Below are positions 1 to 9,048 of a stretch of DNA of 64,000 nucleotides, one piece after another. Each line of letters begins with the position of its first letter. Within the stretch, counting starts at the first letter, position 1. Both the position numbers and the translations under genes were made by a program. The notes beneath the pieces were generated by a model. That model was not told where the DNA came from, did not search any database, and worked only from the letters and a program-made list of their open reading frames with translations. This DNA comes from an uncultured Gemmatimonadales bacterium. GTDB taxonomy: Bacteria; Gemmatimonadota; Gemmatimonadetes; Gemmatimonadales; GWC2-71-9. Where the stretch lies: positions 288,001 through 352,000 of the forward strand of contig CAVSLV010000001.1 of assembly GCA_963728915.1 (NCBI GenBank). The letters run 5' to 3'.

Positions 1-1
1 C

Positions 2-466
2 TGGCATCTGATCGGGACGCTGCAGCGGAACAAGGTTCGTCACGTGATCGGGCGGTTCGTGCTGATCCACGCGGTGGATCGGGAAGACCTGGCGGTTGAG
101 CTCGACCGGCGAATTGCCGCCGCCTCCTCGGCGCCTCAGCCGGTACTGGTCGAGGTGAATTGCTCGGGCGAGCCGGCCAAGGGAGGCGTGGCCCCGGAAT
201 CCCTGGGAACCCTGCTCGACCGGATCCGAACCCTGCCCGGTCTCGAGGTCCGGGGCCTCATGACCATGGCGGCGTATTCCGATCTCGAACCGGTGCAGCG
301 GCAGGCGTTCGGGATGCTTCGCGGATTGCGCGACCGGATGGGAGCCGCCGGTCATGTGCTCCCCGAGCTGTCGATGGGGATGTCCGGCGACTTCCGGGTC
401 GCTGTGGAGGAAGGGGCCACCATGGTCCGGTTGGGTACCCTGCTGTTCGGAGAGCGCCCGCAATGA
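2..466 (+). CDS. yggS: YggS/PLPBP pyridoxal-phosphate-binding protein, 5' end outside the window
   Basis: Frame from nt 2 reads WHLIGTLQRNKV; also VLVEVN, KGG, GLMTM, LSMGMSGDF and EEGATMVRLGTLLFG, all typical of YggS. Confidence 0.95.
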   Translation, partial: WHLIGTLQRNKVRHVIGRFVLIHAVDREDLAVELDRRIAAASSAPQPVLVEVNCSGEPAKGGVAPESLGTLLDRIRTLPGLEVRGLMTMAAYSDLEPVQRQAFGMLRGLRDRMGAAGHVLPELSMGMSGDFRVAVEEGATMVRLGTLLFGERPQ

Positions 467-999
467 GCGACCACGCGTTCCATCTGACCGCGCACGACGT
501 GCGAGCCCAGGAGTTCCAGAAGGTCCTCCGGGGCTACGATCCGGCCCAGGTCGACGAATTCAAGCAGCGCCTCGCCGAGGAGATCGATCGGCTGGTGCGG
601 GAGCGGGTGGGGTTGGACGAGCGCGTGCGCAGCATGAGCGAGCAGCTCAAGTCGTACCGGGACCGGGAACGGGCCATGAACGATGCCCTGGTCTCGGCGC
701 AGCAGCTGCGCGGAGAAATCCAGCAGCAGGTGGACCGGGAGCGGGAAGTGTCCCTGCGGGAGGTCCAGGCCGACGCGGAGCGGGTTATGCGCGAGGCGGC
801 CGCCGAAGCCGACCGGCTGCTCCAGCAGGCCCGCTCTGACGAGCAGCGGCTCCGCAGCGCCAATGAGGTGGCCCGGGCCCAGTTCCAGGGCTACGTGGTG
901 AGCCTGCGCCAGTTGCTGGAGCGTCAGCTCGCCGAGCTTGCCGCCCTGGCCGGCGACCAGGATTCCAGAGGCCGCCCGCCCCGCGGCGCCGAGGGATGA
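463..999 (+). CDS. divIVA: DivIVA-domain coiled-coil protein
   Basis: ATG at 463 overlaps the yggS stop (ATGA). N-terminal LTAHDVRAQEFQKVLRGYDPAQVDEF is the DivIVA signature, followed by a long coiled coil. Confidence 0.9.
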   Translation: MSDHAFHLTAHDVRAQEFQKVLRGYDPAQVDEFKQRLAEEIDRLVRERVGLDERVRSMSEQLKSYRDRERAMNDALVSAQQLRGEIQQQVDREREVSLREVQADAERVMREAAAEADRLLQQARSDEQRLRSANEVARAQFQGYVVSLRQLLERQLAELAALAGDQDSRGRPPRGAEG

Positions 1000-3900
1000 C
1001 TCCCACCCGCGCCCTGCCGGCCTGGCCCGATCAGGGTGCCGATGCGATGGAGCGCGAGCTGCTCGATCGCTGGAAGGAAGAACGCCTGTTCGCCGCGGTG
1101 CAGGAGGCCCGGCGCGACTCGCCGCCCTTCGTGTTCTTCGAGGGTCCCCCCACCGCGAACGGGCGTCCCGGAATTCACCACGTCTTCTCGCGCACCATCA
1201 AGGATCTGTTCTGTCGCTTCCAGGTCATGCAGGGTCGCTCGGTCACCCGGATTGCCGGCTGGGATACCCACGGCTTGCCGGTCGAGATCGAAGTCGAGAA
1301 GAGCCTGGGACTCTCGGGGAAGAAGGCGATCGAGGAGTACGGGGTCGTCGAGTTCAACCGGCTCTGCCGGGAGAGCGTGTTCCGCTACAAGCGGGACTGG
1401 GAGGCCTTGTCGGAGCGAATCGGCTACTGGCTCGACTACGACCATCCCTACATCACCTGCACCCCGCAGTACATCGAATCGGTCTGGTGGCTGCTCAAGC
1501 AGCTTCATCAGCGGGAGCTCCTCACCCGCGGTCACCGGGTGCTGCCGTACTGTCCCCGGTGCGGCACCGTGCTGTCGAGCCACGAGCTGGCCCAGGGGTA
1601 CGAGCGGGTTCAGGACAAGTCGGTCTACCTGACCTTCCTGCTCGCCGACGGCCGGGAGCTCGTGGTCTGGACCACGACGCCCTGGACCCTGCCGTCCAAC
1701 GTGGCCGCCGCGGTTCATCCCGATCTGGAGTACGGAGAGTTCACCGGACCCGCCGGGCGCCGCCTCGTCCTGGCCACCGCGCGTGCCGGGGCCCTGGACG
1801 ATCTCATCGATCCGACACCGGTCCGGACGTTCCCCGGCGCCGAGCTGGTGGGACTCCGATACCACCGGCCCCTGGACGTCGTCCCGCTTCCAGAGCAGGG
1901 CGACCACTCCGTGGTGGTGGCAGGCGATTTCGTGACGGCGGAAGACGGCAGCGGCATCGTACACATGGCGCCGGCGTTCGGCGCCGACGACTACGAGATG
2001 GGCCGTCGCCAGGGGCTCGCCATGCTTCGTCCGGTGAATTCGGAGGGCCGATTCCAGGGTACCACCTGGCCCGAGCTGGAAGGCCGCCTGGTGACGGATC
2101 AACCAACCAACGATCTGATCATCCGGCGCCTCAAGGACGAAGGCCGCCATCTTCGGACCGAGACCTACGAACACGAGTATCCCCATTGCTGGCGATGTCA
2201 AAGCAAGCTGATCTACTACGCCCGGGAATCGTGGTTCGTGCGCACCTCGGCCATTCGGGATCGGTTGTTGGCGCTCAACGCCGGGATCAACTGGCAACCG
2301 CCGGAAACCGGGGCGGGGCGGTTCGGCGACTGGCTGGCGAACAACGTCGACTGGGCGCTCTCCCGCGACCGCTACTGGGGGACTCCGCTCCCGATCTGGG
2401 TCTCCGATCAGAACCCGGACGTGGTCGAAGTGATCGGCAGCTTCGCCGAGTTGGCCGGGAAGCTCGGGCGACCGTTGCCCGACGGATTCGATCCCCACAA
2501 GCCGGACATCGACGCGCTCACCTGGGCGGGCCCTGAGGGGGCGACGATGAAGCGGGTGCCCGAGGTAATCGATGCCTGGTTCGATTCCGGCGCGATGCCC
2601 TACGCCCAGTGGCACTACCCGTTCGAGCACGAGCCGGAGTTCAAGCGCCATTTCCCCGCGGATTTCATCTGCGAAGGTCTGGATCAGACCCGGGGCTGGT
2701 TCTACTCGCTCCTCGCGATCGGCGCGGGGGTGTTCGACCAGTCCCCCTATCGGAACGTCGTGGTCAACGACCAGGTGCTCGACGCCGAGGGCCTGAAGAT
2801 GTCGAAGAGCCGGGGGAACATCGTGGACCCCTGGACCGCTCTGGGCGAATTCGGCGCCGATCTGACCCGGCTCTACTTCCTGGTCTCGAGCGATGTCTGG
2901 AAACCCAAACGGTTCGATCGTGCCGCGATTCTCGAGGCGGCGGGTGGATTCCTGAACACCCTGCGGAACACTTACACGTTTCATGTGCTGTATGCGAGGG
3001 TCGAGGCTGGAGTCCCGATTCCGGCGTCCGGCGATGAGGCCGGCTTGCTCGATCGGTGGCTCCTGTCCCGGCTCTCGGCGACGGTGCGGGACGTGACGGC
3101 CGCGTGGAAGAGCTACGACCCCACCGGAGGGGCCCGGGCCATTCAGACCTTCGTGGTGGACGACCTCTCGAACTGGTGGCTGCGCCAGAGCCGTTCGCGA
3201 TTCTGGGCTCCCGACCGGGACGCCGATCCCGCCGCGGTCGGGCTGCTCCACACCAGCCTGCTCACGGTGTCCCGCCTGCTCGCGCCGGCGGCGCCGTTCG
3301 TGAGCGACTGGATCCATCGCGCCCTCACCGGCGAGTCGGTGCATCTGGCGCTGTTCCCCGAGCCGATTGCGACGCCCGACGCCGATCTGGAATCCGCGAT
3401 GGCGGCGGTGCGCCGGCTGGCCTCGCTGGCGCGCGCGGCGCGGGAGGAGCGGAACCTCCGGGTCCGGCAACCCCTTCGGCGCTTGAAGGTCGCGGTGCCC
3501 ACCGGGACCGACACCGATCGTTTCCGCGGCATGCTTCCTCTCCTGGCCCAGGAAGTGAACGTGCGCGACATCGAGGTGGTGACCTCCGATGCGGAGCTGG
3601 TCCGGCTTCGTGGCCGCCCCAACTTCCGGGAGCTCGGCAAGTCGTTCGGCAAGCATACCCAGGCGGCGGCGCAGGCGGCCGCGAAGCTCTCCGCCGAGCA
3701 GCTGCGCGCCTTGGAGAGCGGCGCGAGCGTCACCTCTCAGGTCAACGGCGCCGCGTTCGAGTTTCTGCCCGCCCACGTGACGGTCGAGCGGGAGGTCGCC
3801 ACCGACTGGCTGGTGCAGTCGAGCGGGAGCTACGTCGCCGCGCTCGACCCGGTCCTCACCGAGGACCTGGTGGGAGAAGGGTTGGCCCGGGAAGTGGTGA

Positions 3901-4151
3901 ACCGGGTGCAGCGGCTTCGCAAGGATGCCGGCTACAGCTACACCACCCGGATCGCCTTGTGGGTGGATGGACCGGCGATCGTGCTCGACGCGGTTCGGGC
4001 CCATGCCGACTACATTCGCGGCGAAACCCTGGCCCGGATCCTCCATCCCGGCGCGCGAGCCGGAGCGGCCGATCGGCAGGAAACAGTGGAGATCGATGGG
4101 CACTCCGTCGTCTTAGCGGTGATCCGCCATCCGGATCGCGAAACGCAGTAA
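996..4151 (+). CDS. ileS: Isoleucyl-tRNA synthetase, type 2
   Basis: 1051 aa with EGPPTANGRPGIHH, GWDTHGLPVE, WTTTPWTLPSN, SRDRYWGTP, EGLDQTRGWF, KMSKS and a type-2 C-terminus (EGLAREVVNRVQRLRK). Confidence 0.97.
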   Translation: MTPTRALPAWPDQGADAMERELLDRWKEERLFAAVQEARRDSPPFVFFEGPPTANGRPGIHHVFSRTIKDLFCRFQVMQGRSVTRIAGWDTHGLPVEIEVEKSLGLSGKKAIEEYGVVEFNRLCRESVFRYKRDWEALSERIGYWLDYDHPYITCTPQYIESVWWLLKQLHQRELLTRGHRVLPYCPRCGTVLSSHELAQGYERVQDKSVYLTFLLADGRELVVWTTTPWTLPSNVAAAVHPDLEYGEFTGPAGRRLVLATARAGALDDLIDPTPVRTFPGAELVGLRYHRPLDVVPLPEQGDHSVVVAGDFVTAEDGSGIVHMAPAFGADDYEMGRRQGLAMLRPVNSEGRFQGTTWPELEGRLVTDQPTNDLIIRRLKDEGRHLRTETYEHEYPHCWRCQSKLIYYARESWFVRTSAIRDRLLALNAGINWQPPETGAGRFGDWLANNVDWALSRDRYWGTPLPIWVSDQNPDVVEVIGSFAELAGKLGRPLPDGFDPHKPDIDALTWAGPEGATMKRVPEVIDAWFDSGAMPYAQWHYPFEHEPEFKRHFPADFICEGLDQTRGWFYSLLAIGAGVFDQSPYRNVVVNDQVLDAEGLKMSKSRGNIVDPWTALGEFGADLTRLYFLVSSDVWKPKRFDRAAILEAAGGFLNTLRNTYTFHVLYARVEAGVPIPASGDEAGLLDRWLLSRLSATVRDVTAAWKSYDPTGGARAIQTFVVDDLSNWWLRQSRSRFWAPDRDADPAAVGLLHTSLLTVSRLLAPAAPFVSDWIHRALTGESVHLALFPEPIATPDADLESAMAAVRRLASLARAAREERNLRVRQPLRRLKVAVPTGTDTDRFRGMLPLLAQEVNVRDIEVVTSDAELVRLRGRPNFRELGKSFGKHTQAAAQAAAKLSAEQLRALESGASVTSQVNGAAFEFLPAHVTVEREVATDWLVQSSGSYVAALDPVLTEDLVGEGLAREVVNRVQRLRKDAGYSYTTRIALWVDGPAIVLDAVRAHADYIRGETLARILHPGARAGAADRQETVEIDGHSVVLAVIRHPDRETQ

Positions 4152-4167
4152 TCACCTGGAACGGGTT

Positions 4168-4551
4168 ATGACCAAGCAGCAGTTGAAGCATCTCGAGGAG
4201 CGCCTGCGGGACGAGCGCGCCCGCGTCATGAAGGAGCTCGGGTACTACGACGAGTCCTTCAGCAACACGCTGCAATCGTCCGATGGCGATCTCTCCTCGT
4301 ATTCCTTTCACATGGCCGATCAGGGCACCGACACCTCGGAACGGGAAAAGCAGTTCCTGTTCGCCTCCCAGGAGGGGCGCTATCTCTGGCACGTGAACCA
4401 GGCCCTGCGCCGGCTCTACAACGACCCCGAGCAGTTCGGGCGCTGCCAGACCTGCGGGAAGGAAATCTCGTTCGAGCGGCTCGACGCCCTCCCCCATGCC
4501 CGGTTGTGCATCACCTGCAAGGAAAAGGAAGAGGATGAAAAGCGGCGCTAG
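4168..4551 (+). CDS. TraR/DksA-family C4 zinc-finger regulator (YteA/YlyA-like)
   Basis: Coiled coil with HMADQGTD, then CQTC...RLDALP...CITC. Confidence 0.9.
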   Translation: MTKQQLKHLEERLRDERARVMKELGYYDESFSNTLQSSDGDLSSYSFHMADQGTDTSEREKQFLFASQEGRYLWHVNQALRRLYNDPEQFGRCQTCGKEISFERLDALPHARLCITCKEKEEDEKRR

Positions 4552-5059
4552 GCCCCCGGTGCTCTTCTGGGTGGTGGCGTTCGTGATCCTGGCCGGCGAT
4601 CTCGTCACCAAGCGTATCGTGGAGCTGCGTCTCCTCCCGGTGCCGCCGGTCTCCGTGTTCGGCGAATGGCTTCAGCTCCGCCTGGTGTACAACCAGGGGG
4701 CCGCATTCGGGCTGGACCTGGGCCCCTATTCGCGCTGGATCTTCATGATGCTCGCGGTGGTCGCCATCGTGCTTCTGTTCCGGCTTTCCCGGAACAGCTC
4801 CGCGACCGATACGTTCCGGCACCTCGCCTGCGGCCTGGTCGCGGGGGGCGCAGCGGGGAACCTGCTGGACCGGCTCCGTCACGCCAACGGCGTGGTCGAT
4901 TTCATCGATGTCGGCATCGGGGCTCACCGCTGGCCCACCTTCAACGTCGCCGACATGGGCGTGAGCGTCGGGGCCATTCTCCTGGCGCTCTCCCTGTGGC
5001 TCGAGGACGCCCGGCGTCGCCGGGAGGAATCCCACTCGGCGCCGATCGCCTCGCCCTGA
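4535..5059 (+). CDS. lspA: Lipoprotein signal peptidase II
   Basis: DLVTK, NQGAAFG, GGAAGNLLDR, VVDFI, WPTFNVAD. Start taken at ATG 4535. Confidence 0.95.
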   Translation: MKSGARPPVLFWVVAFVILAGDLVTKRIVELRLLPVPPVSVFGEWLQLRLVYNQGAAFGLDLGPYSRWIFMMLAVVAIVLLFRLSRNSSATDTFRHLACGLVAGGAAGNLLDRLRHANGVVDFIDVGIGAHRWPTFNVADMGVSVGAILLALSLWLEDARRRREESHSAPIASP

Positions 5060-5063
5060 TCCG

Positions 5064-6083
5064 TTGTCAGCGATCGCGTTTTCGGTCGCGGTCCCCGCGA
5101 CCGAGCGTCTCGATCGTTTTCTCGCCGATCAGCTGAGCCTTTCTCGCACCCAGGCGGCCCGGGTGGTGGCGGCGGGAACGGTCCGGGTGAACGGGAAGGT
5201 CGCGCGGGCCTCCCGCCTCCTGCTCCGTCAGGAGCTGGTCGAGGTCGAGTTCCCCGATGCCGCACCTCCCCGGACGCTCCGCCCTCCCAGTGACGCAATC
5301 CCTCCGATCGCGGTGATTTTCGAGGACGAGCACCTGGCCGTGATCGACAAGCCGGCGGGACTGGTGGTCCATCCGGCGCCGGGTCACTGGGATGACACCC
5401 TGGTGCACGCGCTCGTGGCGCGGGGAACTTCGCTGGCCGGCGGCGCCCCCGGGCGTCCGGGCATCGTGCACCGTCTCGATCGCGATACCAGCGGGCTCAT
5501 GCTCATCGCGAAGACCGACCTGGCCCATCGTCGCCTCGGGGCAGCGCTCGCGGCGCGACGGATCAGGCGCGCCTACGCGGTGCTCGCCTGGGGGCACTTC
5601 GACGAGGATCGATTCACCATCGAGGCGCCGATCGGCCGGCACCCGGTGGACCGCAAGCGAATGACGGTGCGCTCCGATGGACGAGCCGCCCGCACCGATA
5701 TCTCGAGGTTCGCGCGATTCGCCGTCTCCGATCTGGCCCGGGCCGAGCTTCACACCGGACGCACTCATCAGATCCGGGTGCACCTGGCGCACGCCGGGCA
5801 TCCGGTCGTCGGCGACCCGGTGTACGGACTGGGTGGTGCGCGACGGATCGGTGGGGCCGGCCGGATGCAGGCGGCTGATCTTGAGCGCCGCACTCCCCGT
5901 CAGGCCCTGCACGCCGCCGAGCTCGATTTCTCCCATCCGGTCACCGGCAAGCCCTGCCGGCTTCGTTCGGAATGGCCGGCCGATCTTCACGACTGTCTCC
6001 GCGCCGCCGGCCTGTCCGACGACATTGATCCCGCTTCCGCCCTGACCTATCTTGGCTTCTTCAGCCAAGAGAACAATGGATGA
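5064..6083 (+). CDS. RluA-family (RluD-like) pseudouridine synthase
   Basis: S4-like N-terminus (RLDRFL), KPAGLVVHP, HRLDRDTSG, TGRTHQIRVH, GDPVYG, RQALHA. TTG start. Confidence 0.95.
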   Translation: MSAIAFSVAVPATERLDRFLADQLSLSRTQAARVVAAGTVRVNGKVARASRLLLRQELVEVEFPDAAPPRTLRPPSDAIPPIAVIFEDEHLAVIDKPAGLVVHPAPGHWDDTLVHALVARGTSLAGGAPGRPGIVHRLDRDTSGLMLIAKTDLAHRRLGAALAARRIRRAYAVLAWGHFDEDRFTIEAPIGRHPVDRKRMTVRSDGRAARTDISRFARFAVSDLARAELHTGRTHQIRVHLAHAGHPVVGDPVYGLGGARRIGGAGRMQAADLERRTPRQALHAAELDFSHPVTGKPCRLRSEWPADLHDCLRAAGLSDDIDPASALTYLGFFSQENNG

Positions 6084-6438
6084 CACCGGTCTCGGCACCG
6101 AACGCGTCCTGGTGTGCCGGTCCGCAGGGGAGCGATTTGCGCTGCCTGCGGCCATGGTCCGCGAAGTGGTGGCGCTTCCTCCGCTCTCCCGGATTCCCGG
6201 AGCGACCTCGCGAGTGCGGGGTCTCGCGAATGTGCATGGAATCCTGGTGACGGTGCTGAGTGCCCCCACCCTGGTGGATCCCGCCGGCTCGAAGGAGAGC
6301 CTGCTCGTCGTTCTGACCCTGCACCGCGGCCAGGTGGGATTCGCGGTCGAGGATGCCGACGCCCTGGCGGGTGGGGAAGCGGGGGTCCGGATGGTGGATG
6401 TGGAGGCTGTGGTACGAGGACTGCTGGGGACTTCGTGA
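6076..6438 (+). CDS. cheW: CheW-like adaptor, short and divergent
   Basis: GERFALP...VREVV...IPG...GLANVHG...GFAVE; about 120 aa; lies next to cheY and cheA. Confidence 0.8.
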   Translation: MDDTGLGTERVLVCRSAGERFALPAAMVREVVALPPLSRIPGATSRVRGLANVHGILVTVLSAPTLVDPAGSKESLLVVLTLHRGQVGFAVEDADALAGGEAGVRMVDVEAVVRGLLGTS

Positions 6439-6461
6439 CACCAAAAGGCCAGGAGCGGCTC

Positions 6462-6824
6462 GTGTCCAAAAACATTCTCGTATGCGACGACGCGATCTTC
6501 ATGCGGACCATGATCACGGATATCCTCTCCCAGGCGGGCTATGAGGTCGTGGGCGAGGCGGCTTCCGGGGCCCAGGCCATCGATCAGTACCGGGCGCTCA
6601 AGCCGGATCTGGTCACCATGGACATCGTCATGCCCGACATGAGCGGGATCGAGGCAGTTCGGGCCATTTGCAAGGAATTCCCGGACGCCAAGATCCTGAT
6701 GTGCAGCGCCATGGGGCAGCAGGGGCTCGTGGTGGAGGCCATCCAGGCCGGCGCCAAGGACTTCGTGGTCAAGCCGTTCCAGCCCACCCGGGTCCTCGAA
6801 GCGGTGCAGCGGTTGCTGGGGTAG
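6462..6824 (+). CDS. cheY: CheY-type single-domain response regulator
   Basis: AGGAG at 6451 then GTG 6462. ILVCDDAIFMR, PDLVTMDIVMP, MCSAMGQ and FVVKPF resemble Bacillus/Thermotoga CheY. Confidence 0.92.
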   Translation: MSKNILVCDDAIFMRTMITDILSQAGYEVVGEAASGAQAIDQYRALKPDLVTMDIVMPDMSGIEAVRAICKEFPDAKILMCSAMGQQGLVVEAIQAGAKDFVVKPFQPTRVLEAVQRLLG

Positions 6825-6828
6825 CGCG

Positions 6829-8409
6829 GTGGATCTGGCCCGCTACACCGCGCTCTTTCTCTCCGAAAGCCGGGATCATCTCCAGCGCTGCAATGAGCTG
6901 CTCCTCGGGTGGGAGCGGGCTCCCGGCGGCGATTTTCCAACCGACGAGTTGTTCCGTGCCTTCCACTCCGTAAAGGGCTCATCGGCCGCGCTCGGATTCG
7001 AGGTGCTGGCCGAGCTGGCCCATGCCGGAGAGCAGGTTCTCGGTGCGCTCCGTGACGGATATCTGGTCCCGGCCCGCGACCTGGTGAACCTCCTCTTCAA
7101 GGGCCTGGATGGATTGAGCGAGGCGGTCGAGATGATCGGGCGGGGTGAGCCGCCGGTGATTTCGCCGACGATGCTGCTCGAATTGAAGGCCGCGATCCCC
7201 AAGGTCACCGAGCCTTCGACCCCGGGCGTGGAGCGTCGGGCCCGGCGCCGCGCGCCCCGGGCGCTCGACGAGGGTGCCAAGGCTGTGGTGGTGCCCATCC
7301 GCCAGGTGCGGGTCAACCTCGACCGGCTGGATGCCCTGGTGAATCAGGTCAACGAGCTCGTGGTCGCGCGGAATCGGCTGGCCGAGATTGCCGACCGCGA
7401 GATCGGCTCCGAGCTCGAGCAGGTGAGCTCCCATCTCGCCAGTCTGGTCGGCCGGTTGCATTCCACGGTGATCTCGGCGCGCCTCGCTCCGGTGGAGGAG
7501 CTGTTTTCCCGCTTCCCCCGGGTCGTGCGTGATCTGGCCCGCGAGCTGGGGAAGGAAATCCGGCTGGTGCTTCAGGGCGCCGAGATCGAGGTCGATCGTG
7601 CGGTGCTCGATGGCCTCGCCGATCCGGTCACCCACCTGGTACGGAACGCCGCCGATCACGGCCTCGAGCTTCCCGCCGAGCGGACCGCCGCGGGTAAGCC
7701 GCTGGAGGGCACCATTCGACTCCGGGCCGAGCGCACCGCTGAAGAGGTCGTCCTCGTGGTGGCGGATGACGGGCGGGGGATCGACCGGAGCGCGATCCGC
7801 CGCCGGGCCATCGAGCTGGGATTCCTTCAGGAAGATTCCCCCCTGCCCGATGCGGCCGGTCTGCTTCACTTGCTCGCCCATGCCGGTTTCACCACCCGGG
7901 CCGAAGTCACCCGGGTATCCGGCCGTGGGGTGGGGATCGATGCGGTGGTGGAGCGGGTTCGCGAGCTGGGCGGACGAATCGAACTCAAGACCCGTCCGGG
8001 CCAGAGCTCGGTCTTTCTGCTCCGGCTGCCCGCCAGCCGCGCGCTGCTCGGGGTCATCGTGGTGCGGTCGGGAGCGGAGCGCTATGCAATTCCGTTCAGC
8101 ATGCTTTCGGAAGCAGCGATGCACGAGGGGAACGGGCGCGAGATTAACTTACGAGGCGAGCCGGTGCCCACCGCCGACCTGGGACGTTTGATGGGCTCCG
8201 GGGAAGCGAGCGGCGGGCGGCGGCCCGCGCTGATCGTGGAGCGCGAGGGCCGGCGGGCCGCCCTGGTGGTGGACGCCTTGCTCGGTCAGCAGGACGTGGT
8301 GCTCGAACAATTCGTGGCGCCGGCCGGACTGCCCCCCTGGGTGAGCGGCGCGGCGATCCTGTCGGACGGTGCGCCGGCGTTGCTCCTCGATCCGGCCGCC
8401 CTCTTCTAG
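6829..8409 (+). CDS. cheA: CheA histidine kinase (Hpt, dimerisation, HATPase, CheW domains; no evident P2)
   Basis: LFRAFHSVKG, VRVNLDRLDALVN, HLVRNAADHG, DDGRGID, VSGRGVG and a C-terminal P5 domain (NLRGEPVP). Confidence 0.95.
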   Translation: MDLARYTALFLSESRDHLQRCNELLLGWERAPGGDFPTDELFRAFHSVKGSSAALGFEVLAELAHAGEQVLGALRDGYLVPARDLVNLLFKGLDGLSEAVEMIGRGEPPVISPTMLLELKAAIPKVTEPSTPGVERRARRRAPRALDEGAKAVVVPIRQVRVNLDRLDALVNQVNELVVARNRLAEIADREIGSELEQVSSHLASLVGRLHSTVISARLAPVEELFSRFPRVVRDLARELGKEIRLVLQGAEIEVDRAVLDGLADPVTHLVRNAADHGLELPAERTAAGKPLEGTIRLRAERTAEEVVLVVADDGRGIDRSAIRRRAIELGFLQEDSPLPDAAGLLHLLAHAGFTTRAEVTRVSGRGVGIDAVVERVRELGGRIELKTRPGQSSVFLLRLPASRALLGVIVVRSGAERYAIPFSMLSEAAMHEGNGREINLRGEPVPTADLGRLMGSGEASGGRRPALIVEREGRRAALVVDALLGQQDVVLEQFVAPAGLPPWVSGAAILSDGAPALLLDPAALF

Positions 8410-8421
8410 CGAGGAAGACCT

Positions 8422-9045
8422 ATGGGTGCGCGGAGCCTTTCGCCGCTGGAGCGCGACGCGCTCCGGGAAGTGGCCAGCATCGGCGCGGGCCATGCCGCGA
8501 CGGCGCTGTCCCAGATGACCGGCGCCCGCATCATGATCAAGGTGCCGGAGGTGGCCCTGCTTCCGGTGGAGCGGCTCCACGACCTGCTGGGGCCGGGGTC
8601 GGGGCGGGTCGCCACCGTGATGATGCGGGTTATGGGCGATTTCACCGGCACCACCGTGGTGGCCGTGGATGCCGGCGTGGCCCACGCGCTCTGCGGCATG
8701 CTGCTCCGACGCCCCGCGGTGCCTTCCGAGGCCGCTTTCGACGCGATGGAGGAGTCCACCCTCAAGGAAACCGGGAATATCCTCTGTTCGGCCTATCTCA
8801 ACGCCCTCTCGGATTTCCTCGGATTGATGCTGCTTCCCTCGGTCCCTTCCCTCGCGGTGGACAGCGTGGAATCCGCGCTCGATCCTTCGGTGCTGCGGGC
8901 TCAGGGTACCCATCACCCCGCGTTCGCCGTGGAGACCGCGTTCCGGATCGAGGGCTCCGATCTGTCCCAGACCGCGCAATTCCTCCTGCTCCCCGATCCC
9001 GCCGCGCTGGAAGTGATCTTCAACGCGATCCAGCTCGCCAGCTGA
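8422..9045 (+). CDS. cheC: CheC-family CheY-P phosphatase
   Basis: DALREVASIGAGHAATALSQM and STLKETGNIL...YLNALS...PSVP. The second ExxN site is intact; the first has N replaced by S. Confidence 0.92.
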   Translation: MGARSLSPLERDALREVASIGAGHAATALSQMTGARIMIKVPEVALLPVERLHDLLGPGSGRVATVMMRVMGDFTGTTVVAVDAGVAHALCGMLLRRPAVPSEAAFDAMEESTLKETGNILCSAYLNALSDFLGLMLLPSVPSLAVDSVESALDPSVLRAQGTHHPAFAVETAFRIEGSDLSQTAQFLLLPDPAALEVIFNAIQLAS

Positions 9046-9048
9046 ACG

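Noticed and set aside
900..996. T-box riboswitch upstream of ileS
   Set aside because: The ileS start overlaps the divIVA stop, so there is no leader region.
924..4103. 1059-aa minus-strand ORF, and similar long antisense ORFs (e.g. 31733-34399, 19671-22004, 43790-46171, 38091-40274)
   Set aside because: They mirror well-supported + strand genes, have no recognisable motifs, and are expected shadow ORFs in high-GC DNA.
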